Assembly (NCBI GenBank): GCA_027491395.1
Contig: JAOZFI010000039.1
Span: 51,044 to 115,043 of the forward strand
Reading direction: 5' to 3'
DNA from: Thermoproteota archaeon
Lineage (GTDB): Archaea > Korarchaeota > Korarchaeia > Korarchaeales > Korarchaeaceae
Length of the DNA: 64,000 nucleotides
Below the pieces are notes generated by a model. That model worked only from the letters and a program-made list of their open reading frames with translations. It made no database searches and was not told where the DNA came from. Position numbers and translations under genes: made by a program. Below are positions 37,788 to 46,073 of the stretch, piece by piece (the stretch's first letter is position 1; each line of letters begins with the position of its first letter).

Positions 37788-38678
37788 ATGGTGGAATTTA
37801 GCGCGTATACGCAGCTGTTGGTATCCTATGCCATACTAGGTGGTGTCTACGGGCTCACCGCTCTAGGGCTCTCACTGATCTGGGGCGTCATGAAGGCTGT
37901 AAACTGGGCCCACGGTGATTTCCTCATGGTGGGTATGTACACAGCTTTCTGGACGGTCACCCTCTTCGGCATAGACCCCTATATCGCTGCCATAGTGGCA
38001 TTCATTCTTCTTGGCCTGTTAGGAATGGTAACCCATGTGATAGCTATTGAACCGGTCGTAGAGAAGCCCGGCGGCCATGAGGCTACCTTACTTACCACAT
38101 TGGGCATTTCAGTTATACTGGAAAGCTTGGCTCTCATACTCTGGTCTCCTAGCCCTAGATCGTTCCAGAATGTCTATAAGAGCACCTACATAGAGGTATT
38201 CGGTATAAGGACGAGTGTGGCCGAGGCCATAGCTTTCGCAGTCTCCATAGTGGCAATAGTGGCTGTTGACCAGTTCCTAAAGAGGGTAAGGATAGGGAAA
38301 GCTATAAGGGCCGTGTCTCAGAACCCCGTAGGGGCTAGAGTGGTGGGGATAGATGTTCCCAGAATAAGGCTTATGACCTTCGGTCTCGGTGTTGCCTTGG
38401 CTGGAATGGCAGGTGTGCTTGTGGCCACATTCTACCCGAACATAAGACCTCTGGCCGGATACGTGTGGGACATAGCCTCTTATGTCGTAGTGATATTCGC
38501 TGGATTGGGTACGATATACGGAGTGATATTTGCAGGGATTATTATTGGAGTCACCGAAGGTCTCGGAACCATAGTGTTCTCAAATGCCTTCAGGCAAATA
38601 CTGGTCTATGTGGTGTTCTTGACCGTTCTACTCCTGAGACCACAGGGACTCTTCGGAAAGGCCTTGAGGAGGGTTTAA
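37788..38678 (+). CDS. LIV-type ABC permease (LivH-like)
   Basis: ALGLSLIWGV..NWAHG, GKAIRAVSQN, RPQGLFG. Confidence 0.92.
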   Translation: MVEFSAYTQLLVSYAILGGVYGLTALGLSLIWGVMKAVNWAHGDFLMVGMYTAFWTVTLFGIDPYIAAIVAFILLGLLGMVTHVIAIEPVVEKPGGHEATLLTTLGISVILESLALILWSPSPRSFQNVYKSTYIEVFGIRTSVAEAIAFAVSIVAIVAVDQFLKRVRIGKAIRAVSQNPVGARVVGIDVPRIRLMTFGLGVALAGMAGVLVATFYPNIRPLAGYVWDIASYVVVIFAGLGTIYGVIFAGIIIGVTEGLGTIVFSNAFRQILVYVVFLTVLLLRPQGLFGKALRRV

Positions 38679-38679
38679 G

Positions 38680-39648
38680 ATGGAATTTAAGTTAGCATGG
38701 AAATGGGTAGTGATAGCGATACTGCTGATCTTGGCTCTCATCTTCCCCCTGTTCGCTGATGAGTTCTTGGTATCCATCCTCATGCAAGCGTACCTCTGGG
38801 CATTCTTGGCGATGAGCTGGGATGTTATCGGAGGATATGGAGGGCAGTTCTCGCTGGGGCATGCGGCTTTCATTGCTCTCGGAGCGTATACCTCCACGAT
38901 CCTTCTAGAGAGTTACGGAGTATCTCCTTGGATAGGTATGTGGGCTGCTGGCTTGGTGGCCGGAGCTGCAGGTGCATTGGTGGGGGTAGCCTCTCTGAGG
39001 TTGAGGGGTCCCTTCTTCGCACTGGGTACGATAGCATTTGCCGAATTAGTCAAACTCCTCCTGCTATACTTCAAAGGCATAACGGGCGGTCCACTGGGAA
39101 TCCTGATCACTAAGAGTGGCCCGGAATACATGTTGTTCGAAAGCCAAGCCCATTACTACTACCTGATGTTCGCGTTAATGATCGCCGGCCTTCTCTTCCT
39201 CAAGTGGTTTGAAGCTTCAAAATTCGGTATAGGTTTGGTCGCTATAAGGGAGGATGAGGAGGCGGCGGAGGGAGTCGGCATAAATGTTTACAGGACAAAG
39301 GTAATAGGGGCGGCGATAAGTGCATTTCTCACTGGTATAGGAGGTACTATCTACGCCCAGTGGATTCACTTCATCAGGCCGGACATAATCGTGAAGCTCG
39401 AGTATTCAACGCAGATAGCCGCAATAGACGTTGTCGGAGGGGCGGGAACGCCATACGGCGGATTAATAGGGGCCTTGATCTTGGTGCCTCTCTCCCTGTA
39501 CTTGAACGCCATATTCGGAGGGATGATAGCAGGTCTCAGCCTGATACTCTATGGTGTCGTGCTGCTGGTCGTGGTGGTCATGGTACCCGGAGGAATCTAT
39601 GGACTTGTCAGGAGGAAGTGGTTAAGTCGCAAAAAGGGAGGTGAGTGA
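38680..39648 (+). CDS. LIV-type ABC permease (LivM-like)
   Basis: GQFSLGHAAF, LRLRGPFFAL, AIREDE. Confidence 0.92.
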   Translation: MEFKLAWKWVVIAILLILALIFPLFADEFLVSILMQAYLWAFLAMSWDVIGGYGGQFSLGHAAFIALGAYTSTILLESYGVSPWIGMWAAGLVAGAAGALVGVASLRLRGPFFALGTIAFAELVKLLLLYFKGITGGPLGILITKSGPEYMLFESQAHYYYLMFALMIAGLLFLKWFEASKFGIGLVAIREDEEAAEGVGINVYRTKVIGAAISAFLTGIGGTIYAQWIHFIRPDIIVKLEYSTQIAAIDVVGGAGTPYGGLIGALILVPLSLYLNAIFGGMIAGLSLILYGVVLLVVVVMVPGGIYGLVRRKWLSRKKGGE

Positions 39649-40375
39649 TGTGCTTGAGGTAAAGGATGTGGTGAAGAGGTTCGGCGGCCTGGTGGCCCTC
39701 AACAAAGTGAGTCTTACTTTGAAGGAGAACGAGCTCCTCGGACTGATAGGACCGAACGGATCTGGAAAGACCACGCTATTCAATGTGATAACGGGGTACT
39801 ATAGACCTGAGGAGGGTAAGGTATTCTACAGAGGAGAGGAGATTACGGGACTCAGACCTCACCTAATAGTCAAGAAGGGCATAGCTAGGACTTTTCAGAT
39901 ACCGAAGCCATTCGGCAGGCTCACAGTCTTGGAGAATGTCATGTCAGCGGCAATGTATGGTAGAAAGGCTGCATCTAGAAGTGAGGCTAGGGAGATAGCC
40001 ATGGACTGGCTCGAGTACGTTAGGCTAAAGGACAAGGCTGATGTGGAGGCCAAGGCCCTCAACATAGTGGAGAGGAAGCTGATGGAGCTGGCGAGAGCAT
40101 TGTCGACAGGCCCAGACCTCCTGCTGCTTGATGAGCTTGTGGCTGGACTCAACCCCTCCGAGATGATGGAAGTAGTGAAGCTTGTCAGGAAGCTGGTGGA
40201 TGAGAGGGGGCTCACAATAATAATGGTAGAGCATGTGATGAAAGCGGTGATGAGCATCTCGGACAGGGTTTTCGTCCTTCACAGGGGTGCGAAACTGGCA
40301 GAGGGTAGACCCCAGGAGGTCTCAAGGGATCCGAAGGTGATCGAGGCTTACTTGGGAGAACCGATCCAAGTGTGA
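39641..40375 (+). CDS. LIV-type ABC ATPase (LivG-like)
   Basis: GPNGSGKT, IARTFQ, LLLDE, VIEAYLG. Confidence 0.93.
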   Translation: MSDVLEVKDVVKRFGGLVALNKVSLTLKENELLGLIGPNGSGKTTLFNVITGYYRPEEGKVFYRGEEITGLRPHLIVKKGIARTFQIPKPFGRLTVLENVMSAAMYGRKAASRSEAREIAMDWLEYVRLKDKADVEAKALNIVERKLMELARALSTGPDLLLLDELVAGLNPSEMMEVVKLVRKLVDERGLTIIMVEHVMKAVMSISDRVFVLHRGAKLAEGRPQEVSRDPKVIEAYLGEPIQV

Positions 40376-40386
40376 GGTGATTTTGT

Positions 40387-41094
40387 ATGCTCCTCGAACT
40401 CCAGAAGATAAACGCTGGATATGGTGACCTCCAAGTTCTCTGGGATGTTAACCTCTCCGTGGACAAGGGAGAGATAGTGAGTCTGCTGGGGAGCAACGGT
40501 GCCGGGAAGACCACCACATTAAGGGTGATCTCAGGTCTACTGAAGCCCTTCAGTGGTAAGGTGGCGTTTAACGGTCGGGACATTACCAAGCTGCCCAGCA
40601 ACAAGAGGGTGGAGATAGGTCTAGCTCTGGTGCCCGAAGGCAGGCAGCTCTTCCCTGAGATGACCGTCTTGGACAACTTGGAGATGGGCGCATACACTAA
40701 GAGGGCTAGGGACAAGTTCCACGAGACGCTCGAGTGGGTGTTCTCCCTCTTCCCCAAATTGAAGGAGAGGAGAGCCCAGCTGGCAGGAACGATGAGCGGA
40801 GGAGAGCAACAGATGCTCGCGATAGCTAGAGGACTGATGAGCAGACCAGAGGTCCTCATGATGGATGAGCCCTCCATGGGACTCGCGCCTAAGCTTGTCC
40901 TAGAGATATTCGGGACGATAAAGAAACTCAGAGAGGAGGGGGTGACCATCCTCCTAGTGGAGCAGAACGCCAAGGCTGCCTTAGATGTGTCTGATAGAGC
41001 CTACATCTTGGAGACCGGGAGGATAGTGCTCCATGGACCGGCGCAGGAGCTCCTCGGAATGGACGAGGTGAGAAAAGCTTACTTGGGAATTTAA
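40387..41094 (+). CDS. LIV-type ABC ATPase (LivF-like)
   Basis: GSNGAGKT, VPEGR, MSGGEQQM, DEPSMGLAP. Confidence 0.94.
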   Translation: MLLELQKINAGYGDLQVLWDVNLSVDKGEIVSLLGSNGAGKTTTLRVISGLLKPFSGKVAFNGRDITKLPSNKRVEIGLALVPEGRQLFPEMTVLDNLEMGAYTKRARDKFHETLEWVFSLFPKLKERRAQLAGTMSGGEQQMLAIARGLMSRPEVLMMDEPSMGLAPKLVLEIFGTIKKLREEGVTILLVEQNAKAALDVSDRAYILETGRIVLHGPAQELLGMDEVRKAYLGI

Positions 41095-41195
41095 GGGTTC
41101 CCCTCCCCCTTTTTCGGTAAGAACTCTCCAGCATTCGACTGAGAATCAAGCTTCAGACAGATAGCTTATAATCCCCCGCTGCCTAGTCTAACCGT

Positions 41196-41506
41196 ATGCT
41201 GACCCTCAAGCCACGCAGTCCTGAGATGGCGAGGGCCCTAGTGAACTTCGCTCAGGGAGTTCAGAAGTCCTTCGGGGACAGGCTGGTTGCCCTCTACATA
41301 GCAGGCACCCGTCCATAGAGGTCGACGGATACAACGCTTTGGTCGTCTTGAAGGAGGTCAGGCCCGGTGATCAGGAGCTGGCCATCAAGCTAGCAATAGA
41401 GTCGTGCAGGGAGCTGGATCCCGAGGATCAGATAGCTCCCTTGGTTGTGGGGGAGGATGAACTTGAGAAGGTCGAGATCCCCTCAGAGTTTCGCAGAAAA
41501 GTCTAG
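41196..41506 (+). pseudogene. Frameshifted minimal nucleotidyltransferase (MNT)-like antitoxin
   Basis: ATG 41196 behind a TATA; ..FGDRLVALYIAGT.. stops at 41316-41318 and continues in the -1 frame (VDGYNALVV..QIAPLVV) to 41506. Confidence 0.6.
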
Positions 41507-41818
41507 GCTGCTATTACATCAGGCCGAGCTGGATCTCTTCCACGGTTGCTTTGAGAAATCCGCAAGCGCTTCCTACTTTGCGGTAGAGAACGCTCTCAAC
41601 GCACTTTCCCTAGAGAGACAGGGGAACCTCCCCAAGGGATACAGGAGCAGCTGGCGCTCATGGGCAGGTGGTTTCCTGAGGAAGCCACAGAGTTCGATCG
41701 GATGCATAGGGTACGTGTGAAGGCGGATCACTGGGACGATCTCATCCCTGAGGAGGATGCTAGGAAGCAGCTAGAAAGTGCCAAGAGGCTAGTGGAGAAG
41801 TTACTCTCCCCGCTCTGA
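41457..41818 (+). pseudogene. Frameshifted HEPN-domain toxin
   Basis: AELDL..SASASYFAVE; -1 shift near 41648; then RVKADH (Rx4H)..EEDARKQLESAKRLV. Confidence 0.7.
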
Positions 41819-41860
41819 GTAGGCAGATCTGGAACCCTATTTTGACTCTGACCTTCACCT

Positions 41861-42877
41861 TCACATACGTTCCAGCACGGCCTCAGCGACCTCGAAGGTT
41901 GTGGCATTCCCCCCGAGATCGGGGGTCAGCACACCATCCTTAACGGCCCTCTCCACCGCTTCGCGCATCTTCCTCCCTATATCATCGAGCCTTCCTTCCC
42001 TATACTTGATTCCCAACCATTCGAGCATCATGGAGGCCGCCAATATCGTTCCTAGGGGATTGGCTATTCCCCTTCCAGCTATGTCCTCCGCGGTCCCATG
42101 GATGGGTTCGAAGGCGGCATACTCATCTCCTATTTGCGCCGAGCCGCAGAGTCCCAAGCTGCCGATCACCCCGGCGGCCACGTCCGAGAGTATATCCCCA
42201 TATAAATTGGGGAGGAGCATCACGTCGAAGGGACGATCGACCTTCACGAGCCTGTAGGCAGCGGCATCCACTATGTAATCATCCGCTTCAACGCTGGGAT
42301 GTTTGGAGGCCACGTGATAGAACTCCTCGAGGAAGAGGCCGTCGCTAACCTTCAAGACGTTTTTCTTGTGGATGGCCGTGACCTTGGCCCTGCCCTCCCT
42401 CTCAGCGAGTCGGAAGGCGAACTCCGCTATCCTCCTGGCGCCTCTTCGAGTTATCACCCTCCTGGTAACAGCCACATCCCCCCGGAGCTCCTCCTCACCT
42501 GAGTACAAACCTTCTACGTTCTCTCTTACCATCACAAGATCCATGCGCCTGAGGGATATGCCATCATAACTCTTGAAGGGTCGTATGTTTGCGTATAGAT
42601 CGAACTCCCTCCTGATTCTCAGGTTAACGCTCGGATAGCTCCTCCCCTTGGTGGGGGTGGCAATCGGGCCCTTGAGAAGGGCGTCACTCTCCCTCAACTT
42701 ATCCATCCCGCCCTCCTCCATTGGCAGCCCGGTCTCATTGAAGTAGGCCTTGCCGGCCCTTACCTCCACGAACTCCGCATCCACGACCCTTTCCAGTAGG
42801 GAGAGAGTGGCGTCAATGACCTCGGGTCCCACGCCGTCGCCCCTTATCACCGCTATCCTGGGCCTCAAGCCCATCAC
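41861..42877 (-). CDS. Isocitrate/isopropylmalate dehydrogenase family; probable NAD-isocitrate dehydrogenase
   Basis: GDGVGPEV, KGPIATP..SVNLRIR, RENVEGLY, HKKN, PNLYGDILSD, EPIHGTAEDIAG. Confidence 0.85.
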   Translation of the reverse strand: MMGLRPRIAVIRGDGVGPEVIDATLSLLERVVDAEFVEVRAGKAYFNETGLPMEEGGMDKLRESDALLKGPIATPTKGRSYPSVNLRIRREFDLYANIRPFKSYDGISLRRMDLVMVRENVEGLYSGEEELRGDVAVTRRVITRRGARRIAEFAFRLAEREGRAKVTAIHKKNVLKVSDGLFLEEFYHVASKHPSVEADDYIVDAAAYRLVKVDRPFDVMLLPNLYGDILSDVAAGVIGSLGLCGSAQIGDEYAAFEPIHGTAEDIAGRGIANPLGTILAASMMLEWLGIKYREGRLDDIGRKMREAVERAVKDGVLTPDLGGNATTFEVAEAVLERM

Positions 42878-43371
42878 TCCCAGGGCAGTTTCCCGTGCCT
42901 CTTGTAGTAGGACTCTATTCCTCCCTCCTCGAGCAGCGACATTATCATCGGTGGGAACGGCTTGAAGTTCGCCTCCGTTCCCTTGGAGAGGTCCCTGACG
43001 GTGCCCTCTCGTAAGTCGACTTCCATCTCGTCACCATCCTCTGCCTCTACCCTCGCCTCCACTACGGGAAGGCCCACGTTTATCGCGTTCCTGTAGAAGA
43101 TCCTCGCGAAGCTCTCGGCCACGACAGCACCAACTCCCACGAGCTTGAGGAGTCTAGCGGCATGCTCCCTACTCGATCCGTATCCGAAATTCCTTCCGGC
43201 CACTATAATGTCATTGGGCCTGACCCTCTCGCTGAACCCGGGTATGAGATCATTGAACACGTACTGCCTCATCTCCTCTAGGGTCCTGACCTTGTACTTG
43301 AGCCTGCCCGGGATTATGTGATCCGTGGTAACGTGATCCCCCAATCTCCAAGCCCTGCCCCTGATCCTCAT
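42874..43371 (-). CDS. Aconitase-family dehydratase small subunit (LeuD/HacB-type)
   Basis: TTDHIIPGR, NFGYGSSREHA, SFARIFYRNAINVG; ATGA overlap with the large subunit. Confidence 0.92.
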   Translation of the reverse strand: MRIRGRAWRLGDHVTTDHIIPGRLKYKVRTLEEMRQYVFNDLIPGFSERVRPNDIIVAGRNFGYGSSREHAARLLKLVGVGAVVAESFARIFYRNAINVGLPVVEARVEAEDGDEMEVDLREGTVRDLSKGTEANFKPFPPMIMSLLEEGGIESYYKRHGKLPWE

Positions 43372-44615
43372 GATAGCAACCTCCTCGGATCGGTAAGCTG
43401 TCCCCTCACAGCGGTCGCTGCTGCCGTCACCGGGGAAGCTAGGTATATCTGGCTGGACGGGTGACCCATCCTTCCCGGGAAGTTCCTGGTGGAGGTAGAA
43501 ACCACCACCTCCTCCGGACCGAGCACTCCCATGTGGGCTCCTATGCACGGTCCACATGTGGGGGGACCTATCACGCAGCCAGCCTCCGTCAACTCAGCAA
43601 GGATGCCCGACTCTATTAGGGTCATGTACACCTCCTTAGACGCCGGGGCCGCGATGCACCTCACCCCCTTCTTGACCCTGTTCCCCCTGAGCACCCTGGC
43701 CGCCTGCAGGAAGTCCTCGAATCTCCCTCCTGAGCAGCTGCCGATGAACACCTCGTTGACATCCACTCCCTCCATCTCCTCTACGGGCCTAACATTATCC
43801 AAATTTCCGGGGAGCGCCACATTCGGCTGGATTTCCCGGGCATTGAATACGATCTCATCCCTGTAGTCAGCATGGGGATCCGGCTGGAGGGGCTCCGCCT
43901 CGACACCCCTCTCCCTCAACCATCTGAGGGTCACACCGTCAGCTGGCACCAGCCCTACCTTGGCCCCCATCTCGACGCTCATGTTAGAGAGCACCGCCCT
44001 TGAATCCACGCTCATCTCCTCCACTACCGATCCTAGAAACTCCACTGCCTTGTAATTCGCTCCATCGCTTCCCAATCTCCCTATTATCTCGAGAATTACG
44101 TCCTTCGCCATGACACCATCCTCCAGTTTCCCCTCTACAGTGATCGCCATCGTCTCGGGAACCCTCAACCAGATCCTCCCTCTAGCCATGGCTATCGCCG
44201 CGTCAGTGCTCCCCACTCCTGTGGCGAAGGCCCCGTAGGCTCCTAAGGTCACTGTGTGGCTGTCGGCCCCTAGAACCACCATCCCAGGCCTGACTAACCC
44301 AGCCTCGGGGATGACTTGGTGGCTTATCCCGTTCCCCACATCGAATATCTTGATACCGTGCCTTGAAGCGAAGGCCCTCATCTGAATGTGCAGCGCCGCC
44401 GCCTCGGCATGCGGAGCTGGAGCCGCGTGATCTATGGTGAACACCACGTTCCCCGATACAGAATCAAATCCTAGGCCCTCGAGCACGTCTATGGCGAGGG
44501 GCGCGGTGCCGTCGTGGGCGTACACCAGATCCACATTAACTACCACGTGCTCGCCAGCCTCCACATCCCTCCCCAGCTTCGAGGAGAGTATCTTCTCGGT
44601 CATCGTCCCTCCCAA
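43368..44615 (-). CDS. Aconitase-family dehydratase large subunit (LeuC/HacA-type)
   Basis: HDGT, DH, GISHQ, ADSHT, FIGSCSGGR, CGPCIG, RNFPGRMG. Confidence 0.93.
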   Translation of the reverse strand: MGGTMTEKILSSKLGRDVEAGEHVVVNVDLVYAHDGTAPLAIDVLEGLGFDSVSGNVVFTIDHAAPAPHAEAAALHIQMRAFASRHGIKIFDVGNGISHQVIPEAGLVRPGMVVLGADSHTVTLGAYGAFATGVGSTDAAIAMARGRIWLRVPETMAITVEGKLEDGVMAKDVILEIIGRLGSDGANYKAVEFLGSVVEEMSVDSRAVLSNMSVEMGAKVGLVPADGVTLRWLRERGVEAEPLQPDPHADYRDEIVFNAREIQPNVALPGNLDNVRPVEEMEGVDVNEVFIGSCSGGRFEDFLQAARVLRGNRVKKGVRCIAAPASKEVYMTLIESGILAELTEAGCVIGPPTCGPCIGAHMGVLGPEEVVVSTSTRNFPGRMGHPSSQIYLASPVTAAATAVRGQLTDPRRLLS

Positions 44616-45943
44616 ACCTCGATCCCCTCCACCAGCTCAGGTACATATCTTCTCAGGATCCCCAGCACCTCCTCATCACTCAGAGGCTCGGTCCTCCCAC
44701 CTTCAAAGGAATTCAGGACCTCTCTATAAGCTATGTCTAAACGAGGATCTCCCTTCAGGGACATCCAGTCCTTGACCCCAGCCTTCTTCACGAGCCAGTA
44801 TATCAGACCAGCTCTTCCAGAGTATGGCGTGATCTCCACATCGTAGGGTATTCCGAGCACCTCCTCGGGATCGAATGGCAGGTAAATGGCAGGATTCTTG
44901 AGCAGACCGTCGATGTGTATCCCCGCCTTGGTCCTGAACGCGTTCTCCCCTAATATTGGGTAGAAGACCGGTACGTGGAAACCCATCCTCAGGAAGAGGT
45001 CCCTCGCCTCTCTCAGCGCTTTCAGATTGAGGGGCGACCCCTTCACCAGCTGGGCGTGGAAGAGGGCCATGGCTTCAAGAGGGCAGTTACCTGCCCTCTC
45101 CCCTATGCCGAGGAGGGTGCAGTTGGACAGGGAGGCCCCGTACACCCAGGCGGCGAGGTGGTTGGCCACGACCAAGTGGAAATCGTTGTGCCCGTGAAAC
45201 TCCAATTGAGTGCTCTTCAACCCGAGATCATCCAGCAGGAGCCTTATCAGCCTCGGTATACTCCTGGGGAGCGGAGCCTCGACGAACGGCAGTCCCATGC
45301 CCAGCGTGTCGGAGAGCTTGAACCCAACCTCCGTACCGTGCCTCTCAGCCAGCCTCAGCACCTCATCCAAGAAGGGGAGGAGGAACCCGTAAACATCACA
45401 CCTCGTTATATCCTCCATGGCCACCTTGAGCTTCAGGCCCATCTTCAGTCCCTCCTCCACCGCCCTGAGGTACTTGGCCTTGGCCGTCTCCCTGTCCATC
45501 CCCAGCTTGTGGACTATATGGTAGTCGGATACAGAGGTGAGGACTATCGTCTCATCCAATCCCGCCTCCTTGACCAGTCTAAGATCCTCCAGCCTGGCCC
45601 TGACCCACCCTATGGGCCTAGGATACGTGGCGTAGTCCTTTATCCTCCTTATGACCTCCCTGTCCTTTCTAGTGTAGGGAAAGAGCTCAATGTCCCTAAC
45701 AACGCCGCTCCCATTATCCAGCTCAACGAGAACCTCGTAGATGGCCATCGCTTCCTCGATTGTGAAGGGTCTGCTCCCCTGCTGCCCATCCCTCAGCGTG
45801 GTATCGGTCAGTATGAGCTCGTGAGTCGGAGGTCTCCTGAAAAATCTCGGAACGCCCAGCTCGGGGAAGAACCAGCTCGGATCGGACGCCCCCATTCCTT
45901 TCACCGGATTCGGACCAAGTGGTCCTGTGAAATATTTATACAT
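44600..45943 (-). CDS. DRE-TIM metallolyase, Re-citrate synthase-like
   Basis: TDTTLRDGQQ, GVVRDIELFPYT..DRE, IGWVRA, SVSDYHI..K, EDITR.D.YGF.LP, DTLG.G.P..LPRSIP, HGHNDF, GIGERAGN, GIHIDGLLKN. Confidence 0.78.
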   Translation of the reverse strand: MYKYFTGPLGPNPVKGMGASDPSWFFPELGVPRFFRRPPTHELILTDTTLRDGQQGSRPFTIEEAMAIYEVLVELDNGSGVVRDIELFPYTRKDREVIRRIKDYATYPRPIGWVRARLEDLRLVKEAGLDETIVLTSVSDYHIVHKLGMDRETAKAKYLRAVEEGLKMGLKLKVAMEDITRCDVYGFLLPFLDEVLRLAERHGTEVGFKLSDTLGMGLPFVEAPLPRSIPRLIRLLLDDLGLKSTQLEFHGHNDFHLVVANHLAAWVYGASLSNCTLLGIGERAGNCPLEAMALFHAQLVKGSPLNLKALREARDLFLRMGFHVPVFYPILGENAFRTKAGIHIDGLLKNPAIYLPFDPEEVLGIPYDVEITPYSGRAGLIYWLVKKAGVKDWMSLKGDPRLDIAYREVLNSFEGGRTEPLSDEEVLGILRRYVPELVEGIEVWEGR

Positions 45944-46073
45944 TCCTTTTATCGTCGCATATTATCCGAAAATCGAATATAGCGGGCGTGAAACTTGTAT
46001 AGTCGTAAAACTAAGGGTGCTACGTCTCTCGTCTAATTGCGTTTGAATATATAAAAAGAGTTAGGTGAGTAGA

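Noticed and set aside
41861-45943. Labelling the operon leuABCD or as a lysine AAA-pathway cluster
   Set aside because: Synthase and dehydrogenase specificity motifs point to citrate/isocitrate and no other leu/ilv/lys genes are adjacent, so gene symbols were withheld.
44975-45982. 335-aa plus-strand ORF opposite the Re-citrate synthase-like gene (also 34862-35668, 40212-40973, 57129-57884, 30607-31251 and many shorter ones)
   Set aside because: Antisense or alternate-frame shadows of well-supported genes, with no motifs and skewed composition.
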